In this document: in pieces, positions 22,893-39,399 of the stretch
Layout: each line of letters begins with the position of its first letter
Position numbering within the stretch: the stretch's first letter is position 1
Origin: Octopus sinensis
Taxonomy: Eukaryota
DNA length: 64,000 nucleotides
Assembly: GCF_006345805.1 (NCBI RefSeq)
Contig: NC_043002.1
Coordinates: 10,292,001-10,356,000, forward strand
Direction: 5' to 3'
The notes under the pieces: model-generated
Databases searched by the model: none
Seen by the model: only the letters and a program-made list of their open reading frames with translations
What the model was told of the DNA's origin: nothing
Translations under genes and position numbers: made by a program

Positions 22893-22949
22893 AGGGCCGA
22901 CCAAAGCCTTGTGAGTGGATTTGGTTGACGGAATTTGAAAGAAGCCCAT

Positions 22950-23029
<80 letters not shown>

Positions 23030-23283
23030 GGTGTGTGTGTGTATGTGTGTATGTGTGTGTGCATGTGTGTATGTGTGTGTGTATTTGTCCTCCTACTACC
23101 ATCACTTGAAAACCGATGTCAGTGTGTTTGCATCCTCATAACTTAGCGGTTCGGCAGAAAAAAAAACTGATAGAATAGGCACCAGGCTTACAGGGAATAA
23201 GTCCTCCAGGGGTCAATTTCTTCGACTAAAGGGTGGTGCTACAGCATGACCACAGTCAAATGACTGAAACAAGTAAAAAGATA
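22893..23283 (+). mobile_element. SINE family B, 5'-truncated, diverged
   Basis: gggccgaccaaagccttgtgagtggatttgg...cagtcaaatgactgaaacaagtaaaaag. Confidence 0.85.
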
Positions 23284-23554
23284 CCAAAAGAACGTTCCCT
23301 ACCACTAAACCAAGAAGGTTCTTTGAATATGTACGATGTATTTTAAGGCTAAATAGTAATTCTGTTTACGTTTGCATAATAAATACTTTGCTTGCATTAT
23401 ATAATTATCAGTTTTATACTTTTTTTCTATATTCTGTAAATGTCACAGCATAGAAATATTTCTCATGGCACTAGCACACAATTTTTAGATGCTTACATTT
23501 TTTAAGTTTTCTGTTAAGTTTTCACATAAGTTTAACATAAGTTATTATTATTGC

Positions 23555-23593
<39 letters not shown>

Positions 23594-23594
23594 T

Positions 23595-26167
<2,573 letters not shown>

Positions 26168-26619
26168 GAGTGAGAGAGCAGTGCATGCTATCAAAGTGAC
26201 ACTGGGGTAAAATATACGAAGCCCAGTATACACATCATGACTACCCGTCTGATAAGGGTACACGAGGCACATACATCACAACCATATGTGCGCGACATGG
26301 TGATCTCATATCAAGATAAACAGCACATGACCTTGCAGGTGAGGTACAGTTAGAAATTTCTTCTGGTCGAGTAACCCATCTCGCTCAAAAGGACCCTGAA
26401 TAAGGGTTGTTTAAGGATGTTGAACGAAACACCCATGTCTCCAGCGGTGAATTATTCAAACTCCAAAGAATCCCTCTCAACACATGGCTATGATGCTACC
26501 CCACTACGTCTGTTCATGATCAGAGATGCACATAACGTCAGCCACTAAGAGACATGCTCAACTGGTTATGGTCAAACAAATCTGTGGTATTGAGCAGAAT
26601 ATTTGCTGTAGCCCATCTT
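26168..26619 (-). mobile_element. Unclassified non-coding (AAT)n-tailed retroposon, 5'-truncated copy
   Basis: Reverse complement of 29275..29719; 3' end ...cactgctctctcactc(AAT)n. Confidence 0.75.
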
Positions 26620-26859
26620 CTTCTTCTTCTTCTTCTTCTTCTTCTTCTTCTTCTTCTTCTTCTTCTTCTTCTTCTTCTTCTTCTTCTTCTTCTTCTTCTT
26701 CTTCTTCTTCTTCTTCTTCTTCTTTCTTCTTCTTCTTTCTTCTTCTTCTTCTTCTTCTTCTTCTTCTTCTTCTTCTTCTTCTTCTTCTTCTTCTTCTTCT
26801 TCTTCTTCTTCTCTTCTTCGTCTTCGTCTTCTTCGTCTTCTCCTTCTTCTTCTTCTTCT
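26617..26859. repeat. Long (TTC)n/(GAA)n microsatellite (~240 bp)
   Basis: Direct reading. Confidence 0.95.
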
Positions 26860-26861
26860 AG

Positions 26862-27261
26862 TCTTTTCTACTCTAGGCACAAGCCCCGAAATTTTGGGGG
26901 AGGGGGCCAGTCGATTGGATCGATTCCAGTACGCAACTGGTACTTAATTTATCGACCTCGAAAGGATGAAAGGCAAAGTCGACCTCGGCGGAATTTGAAC
27001 TCAGAACATAAAGACAGACGAAATACCTATTTCTTTACTACCCACAAGGGGCTAAACATAGAGGGAACAAACAAGGACAGACAAACGGATTGAGTCGATT
27101 ACATCGACCCCAGTGCGTAACTGGTACTTAATTTTATCGACCCCAAAAGAATGAAAGGCAAAGTCGACCTCGGTGGAATTTGAACTCAGAACGTAACGGC
27201 AGACGAAATACCGCAAAGCATTTCGCCCGGCGTGCTAACGTTTCTGCCAGCTCACCGCCTT
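26862..27261 (-). mobile_element. SINE family A dimer (unit 1 tail type 1, unit 2 tail type 2)
   Basis: Junction aaagaaata|ggtatttcgtctg; ends gtgcctagagtagaaaaga. Confidence 0.85.
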
Positions 27262-27403
27262 TTAGTGACGAAACAGTTCTAACATAAAGAACGTAAAACG
27301 TAAGTGTCTATTTCTGTTCTGTAAATATATATAGTCATATTTTTCTCTTTATTCTTGGAACTAAGCAAACAATTACATTTTTGTTTTTAGACAAAGAAAA
27401 CAA

Positions 27404-27796
27404 ATTATTTTCTACACTAGGTACAAGGCCCGAAATTTTGGGGCAGGGGATCAGATCGACCCTAGTACGCAAATGGTACCTAATTTATCGACGCCGAAAG
27501 AATGAAAGGTAAAGTTGATCTCGGCGGAATTTGAACTCAGAACGTAGCGGCTGACGAAATACCTATTTCTCTACTACCCACTAGGAGCTAAACACAGAGA
27601 GGACAAACAAGGACAGACAAAGGGATTAAGTCGATTATATCGACCCCAGTGCGTAACTGGTACTTATTTCATCGACCCCGAAAGAATGAAAGGCAAAGTC
27701 GACCTCGGCGGAAATTGAACTCAGAACGTAACGGCAGACGAAATACCGCTCAGCATTTCGCGTAGCTTGCTAACTTTTCTGCCAGTTCGTCACCTT
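27404..27796 (-). mobile_element. SINE family A dimer (same architecture)
   Basis: Junction agaaata|ggtatttcgtcag; ends gtacctagtgtagaaaat. Confidence 0.85.
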
Positions 27797-27802
27797 TAAA
27801 TA

Positions 27803-27985
27803 TATTCTTTTCTACTCTTGGCACAAGGACCCGAAACTTTTGGGGAGTGGGCCAGTCGATTAGACTGGCCCACTAGTATGCAACTCTATGTATCCTAGTA
27901 TGCAACTGGTACTTAATTTATCGACCCCGAAAGGATGAAAGGCAATGTCGACCTAGGCGGAATTCGAACTCAGAACATAAAACGA
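27803..27985 (-). mobile_element. SINE family A, 5'-truncated, tail type 2
   Basis: gttctgagttcgaattccgcctaggtcgac...gtgccaagagtagaaaagaata. Confidence 0.8.
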
Positions 27986-28495
27986 AGTAAACAAATTAAT
28001 AAAGAAATAAATGAATGCAAATAATGAGTGCAACGGAAAATACGTACCTGAGGAAAGAAGTGTTACAAAACAATTTTCAACATTATTTAACACAAATTTT
28101 ATATTTAAAAAAAGGAAAATTTTCTACTTGATTTCCTAATCTTTATCAATGACCAGATAATTAGCCAGTGAAAAGAAATTGACTGTGACTTAATCATTCT
28201 GGCGAAAATTTATCTTCAATATGGTTTGACGAGTTATTATTTTGTCTTCTTTCAGAAATTACATGAAATGATGCGTAAGATTATTTTCGATTAGAATGAC
28301 GTTTGTGGCTGAGATAGTAAACATTTGGTCATATGTTCTACAATATCGATATTTTGCAGTGTATTTAGTTCAATATTTCCGGCGCTACGACAGCAATAAT
28401 ATTTTTTGGTGTACAGCGGTTCGTTTACGTACATTTCTTTTAACCTGGTTAAAATTATTGCTAACTTAGCATGGTTTGTGTAAACCTATAAATAA

Positions 28496-28496
<1 letters not shown>

Positions 28497-28582
<86 letters not shown>
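28497..28582. repeat. (AAT)n microsatellite
   Basis: Direct reading. Confidence 0.95.
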
Positions 28583-28587
<5 letters not shown>

Positions 28588-28816
28588 TTGTATTAACTGG
28601 AACGGCTCATGTACTGAGAAGAGCACTATCGCTGTGAAAATAACATCCATCCATGAATTTATTTATTTATTAATTTTTAAATACATATTTTATCTGTGAA
28701 TTTGCGTGTGTAATCTGGGAATGCATACAATTCCCTTCTCTGCCCTAGGTGTATGGAAAACACTCGACGAGAAACGGAAGAAAATTTGAAGAAAGAAGGA
28801 AAAACATTATAATAAT

Positions 28817-29077
28817 AGAAGCAATTCCTATCATAGTAGGTGCATTAGGCATGATAAAAAAATATTCAGACAAATACATAACAAAAACACCAGGACTTAC
28901 AAACACATATAACATAGAGAAAATTGCATGCACTACTAGGCACTGCACACATCCTACGCAGAACACTTTCCATACAGTAACCATCAGAGCATCACAACAA
29001 ATCACAGCACATACCCAAGGCACACAGAGCTGTCCTCGGTAGTGAAGTGAAAGCACGTTATAAAAATAAAGCTACTG
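28817..29077 (+). mobile_element. Dong-like LINE 3' fragment (same family as 23595 and 59621)
   Basis: IPIIVGALGMIKKYSDKYITKTPGLTNTYNI + 3' UTR ending ctactg(AAT)n. Confidence 0.9.
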
Positions 29078-29090
29078 AATGATAATAATG

Positions 29091-29146
<56 letters not shown>

Positions 29147-29163
29147 TATTATTATTATTATTA

Positions 29164-29719
29164 TAGCCCTGATGCAGTACCAGACAGTGGCTCTCATGGC
29201 TTCTGATCTTAACTGATTGGAAGTGTTATCATGTACATTGTTTTGTCTTGGTATAAAAGATGGGCTACAGCAAATATTCTGCTCAATACCACAGATTTGC
29301 TTGTCGGTTGTTTGACCTTAACCAGTTGAGCATGTCCCTTAGTGGCTGACGATATGTGCATCTCTGATCACGAGCAGAAGTAGTGGGGGAGAATCATAGC
29401 CATGTGTTGAGAGGGATTCTTTGGGGTTTGAATAATTCACCTCTGGAAACATGGGTGGTTCTTTCAACATCCTTAAACAACCCTTATTCAGGGACCTTTT
29501 GAGCGGGATGGGCTACTCAACCTGAAGAAAATTCTAACTGGGCCCCACCTGCAAGGTCATGTGCTGTTTATCTTGATATGAGATCACCATGTCGCGCACA
29601 TATGGTTGTGATGCATGTGCCTGGTGTACCCTTATCAGACGGGTAGTCATGATGGGTATATTGGGCTTCGTATATTTTACCCCAGTGTCACTTTGATGGC
29701 ATGAACTGCTCTCTCACTC
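29164..29719 (+). mobile_element. Unclassified ~556-bp non-coding (AAT)n-tailed retroposon
   Basis: Second copy at 26168..26619; no long ORF; ends ctctctcactc(AAT)n. Confidence 0.75.
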
Positions 29720-29723
29720 AATG

Positions 29724-29786
<63 letters not shown>

Positions 29787-29967
29787 GTATTTTAATCCGT
29801 AAACATTGTCGGAATAGTTTTAAATGTACATAGAAAACCTCTTTTAGTGTCATTTAAACATCAGACTATCCTTTTATAGTTACATAACTTTTAAAACAAA
29901 CTTTTAATTTAGTTGTGCTTTGACAGACAGACATGCTCAAGAAGAATATATTAGGTAAAGCTAAATA

Positions 29968-30386
29968 GGATCTTTTCGGTTTGAACGGCAGTTTTTTCTA
30001 GCGGTGTCATATGAAATTGTCACCCATAATTATGACCCTAGAATCGATCTATTGCATTTCAATCTCTTTTAGGGTTAGGGTTAGGGGTGGGGGAAGGGTA
30101 TCTTTTTTTGTTCTTCACAAATGTAAATAAACCCAATCTGTTTCTTAAACGAGGGACATATTCATACGGCACAGAATGCTTTTTAACTCAATAGACATCA
30201 CTGATTGGTTGGAATTGCAGAAATTGAAGAAGAAACAACAACAAATTTCTTACAAACTATAGAATTTCTCAATAAGGCCAAGAGAGAAAGATGTTTTATA
30301 AATACATTCTACCAGTATACGAAGTTTAACATTTTTTAGTTACCTAGAAATTATGTTAAAAACTGCCGTTCAAACCCAAATGATCC
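29968..30386. mobile_element. 419-bp non-autonomous DNA transposon, Merlin-like (GG termini, 8-bp TSD)
   Basis: 29-bp TIR ggatcttttcggtttgaacggcagttttt / aaaaactgccgttcaaacccaaatgatcc (2 mismatches); TSD gctaaata / gccaaata. Confidence 0.75.
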
Positions 30387-30582
30387 GCCAAATACATGGC
30401 ACCTTAGTCATAACTTGAACTTCTGACTTGTTGTTTCTTGAGGTGTCTGGGTGAGACTTGGAGCCAACTTGTACGAATACAAAACAAAAGCCGAACATAT
30501 ATTAATAATGAAATATAAAGAAATAACTACAACAAAAATAACCACAACAAAAACAACAACAACAACAACAATAATAATAATA

Positions 30583-31345
30583 ATACGGAAAAACGGGTTT
30601 GATGCAGTATTAGAGCAGTTAAAACAGAGGATCATGGCAAAAAGGCAGAAGATCAGAACAGAAAGAATCATCTCAAAAATAACCCGAAGCAATTCTTCCG
30701 AACGTTAGGAGACAATGGGGAAAATGTTGCTCCTGATGCAAATCATGCCAAGGAATTCTTGAGCGGATTATGGGGAAACAATATGGTGCATAAAAGGGAT
30801 GCAATGTGGATGGGAACTATCAAGACGTGCGTGTATCGTAATTATTTCATATGTCGTAAATACCAATCTGAAGTAACAGAGATGTGGTATGAGCGAGGTT
30901 GTGCAGGAGGATGGAAAAGTATCGATACTCTTGGATTAGGATTTTTAGACGGATCTGCCGTGTATTATCATATTGAATAAGAGAGACAAATACTGTCAGA
31001 TCATTGATGTAGCTATAGCAAATGACATGAATATTGTGAGTAAAGAGGTTGAATAAATCACCAAGTTCTCCGAATTGAAAATGGAAATGGCAAGACTGTA
31101 TGGAATGCGAGAAGGTTGCTGTAAAAGTGATGCCAGTGGTGATCGGAGTGTTGGGTTCAATCCCAGTGAAACCTCAAAACATAAGGCAACTGGAAATCCG
31201 ATGCAAAACTGATGTCTTGCAAAAAGCAGCCTTATTGGGCACGGCGCACGGAAAGTATTATCTGGAAGAGCTCCTTGTTGTGACTTGACAAATGACTAAA
31301 GAATCTGGTGCATTTTTACCTACACTGTGTTACGAAGGAAAAATA
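30583..31345 (+). mobile_element. Older, internally deleted R4/Dong-like LINE of a different family
   Basis: KNGFDAVLEQLKQRIMAKRQKIR; IIDVAIA; KVMPVVIGVLGSIP...LQKAALLGTAH; follows an (AAC)n(AAT)n tract. Confidence 0.65.
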
Positions 31346-31715
31346 ATAAGCGTGAGAATAATAATTACAACAGTAATTATACACTTAATAATGAAATTTA
31401 CAATCTTGATCATTGTTCAATTTTTTTTGCATGAACCAAAACCGGGTTTGTAGCTCAACTAAGGCAGATTGATGTGTTTTTCTTGTTCATGTTGCATGCT
31501 GATTGAGATATAAAGCCTTTCCGTATTGAATACTAAAGTGATATTATAAAACGGACATGTTTTCATGAGACTGTAAGCAGCTCATTAAATAGGTTTCTTG
31601 ACTTTTGGTGCTGGCAAACATATGCTAATTGTGTGCTTATATATATGTATACATATGTGTGTATATGTGTGTGCGCGTGCGTGTGCGCGTGCGCGTGCGT
31701 ATATATATATATGTA

Positions 31716-31890
31716 TGACATAGACCAAAGAAGTTCTCCTTTTTTTCTCTCCTTGTTTTCTGTGTCCCTTTCTGTAGAAGAGCGTAGGCTCGAAACGTAA
31801 AATACTTTTTCTATTCCCGAGCGTTATACTAATATATTTGTTTTTGTACACCACCTGTCTTCATATTTTGTTTTTTTCGTAAACTCTCCC
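31716..31890 (+). mobile_element. Family H1 copy 3 with hammerhead-like motif at 31768..31803
   Basis: cctttCTGTAGAAGAGCGTAGGCTCGAAACGTAaaa...gtaaactctccc(TA). Confidence 0.8.
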
Positions 31891-31937
31891 TATACATACA
31901 TACATACATACATATATACATGCATACATGCATACAT

Positions 31938-31971
<34 letters not shown>

Positions 31972-31989
31972 CTAATATTTTTGGGTGCA

Positions 31990-32135
31990 ACACTTGGCGC
32001 CTAGTGGTTGGGGCGTTACACTTACGATCGCAAGATCGGGATTTCGCTTCCAGGACCAGGCTGTGTGTTGTATTTTTGAATAAAACAGTTAATTTCACGT
32101 TAGTCTAACTCGCTCGGTTGGAAGTGAATGATTCT
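31990..32135 (+). mobile_element. SINE family C-like, diverged head
   Basis: ggcgcctagtggttggggcg...tgtgtgttgtatttttgaataaaacagttaatttcacg. Confidence 0.55.
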
Positions 32136-34469
32136 GCAACACGTGGCCTCTTCGTCACTTATTCGTCACGAACACCTGGTATCTGGCTCTACGAGTCATA
32201 ACATTCGAGATGGCACTTACTTTTAGATGATTTTGTAACTGCAGCAATGAATAACCACATTTATGAATCCATATGTATATGTACATACACGCATGTTCAT
32301 GTAAATATACATACATAAAACGTTTTGCATACTATTACACGCATATGTGATGTAACACTTGCAGCGACTGTAGTTGCCGAATAAAACATTTATAACAAAA
32401 TTTCTGTCCCTCATTATTCATAGTTTAAAGTTTATACATTTTTAAAAGGTTAATCATATTGGCACATTATAAGTTTAGTTGCATACTCATTCTTCGAATA
32501 ATTTGTGGAATCAAAATGCCGGTCTTTTAGTAGAAATATAAAACACACTCCTAAAAGAAATCAAAAATATTAATACTATTAAAATCCTACTTAATAATCA
32601 CTGACAAAAATCACGTTATCATTTTGCTTTTTTATATAATTTTATTGACAATATATTTCGATGGACGTATTTGTCCAATCGAATTGCAGATACAAACACA
32701 AATTTTGAAGGTCATTTAAGCTTTATGTAATCTGTACTTGATTCCAATTAAATAAATATCCAAGCTAGTAATCACAGAAAGTATGAAGTGAATGCTTATT
32801 AATTTTTAAAATTAGGTTAATAATGCACACTAGAAATAAAGAGATATAGCATATTTGCATATTAACACGTATTCAATACATCAGTTCACACATAATGTCT
32901 ATGATATTTGCATGCTTTTCATTCGGTCTATCGAAATCTCGAAATGGGACCCTTCATGTTATGCTAACATGAAATGTTAGTATGTCATCAATTCTCTAAT
33001 ATCAGCCTAATATTTATACAAACTGAAACAAATTTATTGATTAACCATAAGAACTTTTCATTTAGTTGATACCAAGTCTAAGACGCTCTCAAGTGTGTCT
33101 TTTACTTTTTGTATAATTTTCATCCATCAAGTAAATTTTGTTCTAATACATAGATGCATTATTGTAAAATTAATCGTGAACAGTATTTTTGTACAAATAT
33201 TTCCTTCGGCCATTGTGTTAAACTTGTAAATGCTTGTTATTAATAATTCTGAATGCTTTAAATGTCATGGCCTTATAAGACGTTAACCACATGATTGAAA
33301 GCTAGGGTAGGCTGTAAGGATTTCTTGCTTGTAAAAGTTTACTGCATGAAGGTAATCTTGAATATATGATGATTCTGAAGGAATTATTATTAGTTAAACA
33401 GTGTGTGTGAACAGAAATGTTATTGGTTTACAACACATACACTCTTGAAAAAGATCCATGGATCTTTTCTACATATTAATAATTTTGGCCTACAGGTTTC
33501 AGCCAAAAATATTTACGAAGTGTTTTGGCAAGCGTTTTTTCATGTAGCCCAAGTTTAACTCTCATGTATGAAATGTGACCAAAGAAGTTCTACCTAATAT
33601 TGTAATTCAAACTCTTTTCTATTTATGGGCACTTTTTGATAACTGGTGTGTCACTTAGCTGCTGTTACTAGCATTTCACTCGTCTCATATAAGCTTCGGA
33701 TATTTGATGTATGTGTAGATACCGACGCTCAATACATTTATTCTTCTGCAAGCTATTATAACTACACTCTGAATATTTAACTATTAATATTTATGATTAT
33801 AAATGTGCCTGTTTGGCATTCGTATTAATTTTCATTAGATGAATATTAATAGACTTAACTAAACAAAACAACCAACAATGTTCTCTAAGGATCGCCTCTC
33901 CGGAATAATATTGTGCTTAGAAAACATTAACTTCCATGTTTGATAGTCTTGTTTCCACCATAAATACGAATTTATCTTATAAAAAAACATTTTTCGAAAA
34001 AATTATTCCTTACCAACTCAGATTATATGAATAGTTAAATTTACATTAGACGTCGACTAATCGATTTCTTGTTCTAATCGTAAAAATTTATTTTTAGCTA
34101 ATTATAACTTTAACATAAAAGTATTTCTAATTAATTATAGCATTTTGCTAATTACAGAGAGTATGATACTCTTAACCCTACTATAGTTATTTATATCAGC
34201 AAAGATTGCAGCTGATCTTTGTAAAATATTATTTTTATTAAGCATCACAAAAATATTATTATCACTCTTAGGTTTGAAATAGTAGCATACGCCATTTTGT
34301 ACTCTTAAAAATATTCAAGAAGACGAGTAGTTTAGTCTTTTCGCATTTTTACAAATACATTAACGTCTCGAGTACTTCGCTTTGCGTTAGGATGTTCCTA
34401 TCACATGTCATGTAATTCACTGTGGTTTAGAATCCAACATTTAAGTGTGAATTATATTCAATTTATTTA

Positions 34470-34881
34470 AGGCAGCGAGCTGGCAGAAACGTTAGCACGC
34501 CGGGCGAAATGCGTAGCCGTATTTCGTCTGCCGTTACGTTCTGGGTTCAAATTCCGCTAAGGTCGACTTTGCCTTTCATCCTTTCGGAGTCGATAAATTA
34601 AGTACCAGTTACGCACTGGGGTCGATGTAATCGACTTAATTCATGTGTCTGTCCTTTACTAATCACAAGGGGCTAAACACAGACGGGTCAAACAAGGACA
34701 GACAAAGGAATTAAGTCGATTACATCGACCCCAGTGCGTAACTGGTACTTGATTTATCGATCCCGAAAGGATGAAAGGCAAAGTCGACCTCGGCGGAATT
34801 TGAACTCGGAACGTAACGACAGACGGAATACGGCTACGCATCTCGCCCGGCGTGCTAACGCTTCTGCCACCTTGCTGCCTT
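34470..34881. mobile_element. Two SINE family A copies joined tail-to-tail
   Basis: + copy 34470..~34655, - copy ~34656..34881. Confidence 0.9.
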
Positions 34882-35067
34882 ACACACACACATATATATA
34901 TATAGTTAATTCGAGGTAGTTAAGTCGTCATTAAGGATTATATATTCCTAATCCACCGGTTTAATCCGTATCATATAATGCTATATGTTTAGGATTATTG
35001 AATTTTTTAATATTGAGGGAAAAACAAGTAGAAGGAAATGGCGAATAAATGGAAGTAATTACATACA

Positions 35068-36435
<1,368 letters not shown>

Positions 36436-36508
36436 ATATATGATTGATTGATTCTAGTTTCAGCTCACGAGCTGTGGCCATGCTGGGGCACCGCCATTTA
36501 TATATAAT

Positions 36509-36755
36509 ATTATAAATTAGGGTATCTATGAGATACCACCATGCTAAAAATAGCAACCATGATCTGACTCTAAAACGGAGAGAAAAGAAAGAGACAAGAT
36601 GAAACTAGTAAAAAATTACTAGTTTCATTTTAATTCTAGATCCCGGATTTCTGACTTTGCATTTAGGAATGCTTTGCCTCGTCAGTAGAATACACACCGA
36701 AGAGAAACATAAATACATATATATATATAATATATATATATATATTATATATATA

Positions 36756-36802
<47 letters not shown>

Positions 36803-37016
36803 TATATATATAAATACATATATATATACAATACAACATATAAATGCAAAGTCAGAAATCCGGGATCTAGAATTATCCAGTAATTTTTTACTAGTTTCAT
36901 CTTGTCTCTTTGTTTTCTCTCCGTGTTGATATATGGACAATTAGGGTGGTTTTAGAGTCAGATCATGGCTGCTATTTTCAGCATAGTGGTATCTCATAGA
37001 TACCCTAATTTATAAT
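36509..37016. repeat. Fold-back inverted duplication, ~155-bp arms around (TA)n
   Basis: 36509..36665 versus 36841..37016. Confidence 0.9.
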
Positions 37017-37434
37017 TTTAATAATTATTACCTTTGAAGGTTATTTTTTCCATGCTGACCACTTGATAAAATCGTTATTTTATTTTTAAATTAACGATCT
37101 TATCCTTATATATATATATATAGATAAATCCATGTGCGCCTATGTATAATATATGCACACATATATATCTACAGATGTGCACACACAAATATGTGTTTAT
37201 ATAATTGGACTAGAATTTTTAAAAACCAAAGTCATACCAATATTTTTGCTAAAAGAACGTGAATTATGTTCACAAATGAAATGAGACACTGACGTCACCA
37301 GTGCTACTTTCGAAGAAAATGCATGCGAGAATATAGCAAGCCAGAGGAAGTACTCAATCTTCTTTCAGTGAAGTACAAATATATTTATTTCATTTACAAC
37401 GCACGAATAAGTTACGCATCAAAATAATTAAAAG

Positions 37435-37510
<76 letters not shown>

Positions 37511-38309
37511 AATTAACACAGATCTCTGTATAAAAGTTAGCATAAAGATTATAACCGCAAGGCTTTTGTAATTGTACTTTTGTTCAACTACATATTCCTC
37601 GACGCACGCAGTGAGTTGACAAATTATATGCAATCATACGTACATGTGTATATTATCTATTATATACCACGCCCGATTTTCCATATCAAGTTGTGACTGT
37701 AATAATGCTTCAGTAGACAGCAGTGACGTTTCTATTGTGTGATAGAGACAAAATATTTCTGCCTCTACAGTGTTTCTATAAGCAACATATGCACCAAGAC
37801 TGTGTTAGTTTGCTGAGTTCAGCTATTAGAGATTACGTGGTAATTACTGTGGTAGCGTTTTAATGGAAAAAAAATCTCGTTTACTATCATTCTTTCGACA
37901 AATGGGCATTCGAATACTTACAGTTTGCGTACTTTAGTATCCGGATAGAAGAAATCCTGGGCTTTAAACAAACCAGCGTAGATTCATTGTCACTTTTGCC
38001 CGTTTCTGCTGGGCTATTGTGGAAGTCATCGTAGGGGTCTTTGCTGAGGTGTTGCTATCGTCCTGTCTATACGGTCATCCATAAATATTCCAAATAATAT
38101 ATAAGTGTTTTCCCCTGTGAGAAATATCTGTGCTATGAATTTTATGTATTGCTTATAGTTGTTATACACAAGGGATACGTAGTGAAACGGTTTTCAATTT
38201 ATGTCTTGTGTTCAGTATTTCTATCAACGCACACACAGGTATGTATTGCGTTATCCCTTAATACGGTGTTTTTATACTTTTATTTTTCAAAATTAAGATA
38301 AACAAATTC

Positions 38310-38585
38310 TTTTTTAATCTAAAATATACTCTCCTTCATTTTCTACAATGCTCTTCCATCTATCTGGTAGACTTGGAAAGCCCTTCTTCAAAAATTCACT
38401 TGTTTGTGACAAAAAATACTCTTCCAGTACTGTTCTGACCTCGTCTACAGAATTCATATTTTTTCCATTCAAATTATTTTGAAGACTGCAGAATAAATGA
38501 TATTCAGACGAGGCAATGTCCGATGAATATGGCAGGGGATCGTTTCCCATTCAAACTGCTTCAACCTTTGGAATGTCATCCTGAA
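38310..38585 (-). mobile_element. mariner transposase C-terminal fragment
   Basis: PYSSDIASSEYHLFCSLQNNLNGK...LPDRWKSIVENEGEYILD. Confidence 0.85.
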
Positions 38586-39100
38586 TTTTTTCTCCAAGGA
38601 GGTAGTGTGTAATGTAAAGGTGGTCCGAAGAGTGAGTGTGATTCGATGTATATCTAGGATGTATATCTAATTTGGCAATTGTACGAAGTGTTGTGTAACG
38701 GATCCTAGGAACGTGTAAGAGAAAAGACGATGAATCATGAGGGTAGAGAATAATAAGTATTTGTGTACTGGATGTAAATTAAGTGTGCCGTTGGGTTCTG
38801 GAGATGTTCCGGCGTTTTGGGCTTGTACTGTTGTGGTTTGTGTCTCTTAGAGTCTGGAATTTGTGGAGCTGCATGAAGTTTAGAGATTTGTAATATGGAA
38901 TAGGTTACGTAACGCTGGAATTGTGGAATACACATAGGATTAGTGGAAACATCTCGGTGAAATTTATGATGCATTTGGAACAGACATGCGATCAACACTT
39001 TGTTGTTGAAAGCGTTTTGGGAGTAGGGAAGACAATAATATTCCATTTTATAATTGCCTTTCACAGTCTGTGGTTTGCCCTGATTCATACAAATTTAAAT

Positions 39101-39307
39101 ACTCTTTTACTCTTTTACTTGTTTCAGTCATTTGACTGCGGCCATGCTGGAGCACCGCCTTTAATCGAGCAACTCGACCCCGGGACTTATTCTTTTGTAA
39201 GCCCAGTACTTATTCTATTGGTCTCTTTTGCCGAACCGCTAAGTAACGGGACATAAACACACCAGCATCGGTTGTCAAGCAATGCTAGGGGGATAAACAC
39301 AGACACA

Positions 39308-39399
<92 letters not shown>

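Noticed and set aside
26526-27093. Poly-S/L/F and poly-R/E/K ORFs
   Set aside because: (TTC)n repeat artefacts
29380-29395. gtagtggggga similarity to the U1 snRNA 3' region in the 556-bp element
   Set aside because: Only ~11 nt, and not conserved in the second copy
38600-39050. ORFs 38735..39088 and 38921..39256
   Set aside because: No recognisable domain; the latter runs into an antisense SINE-B tail
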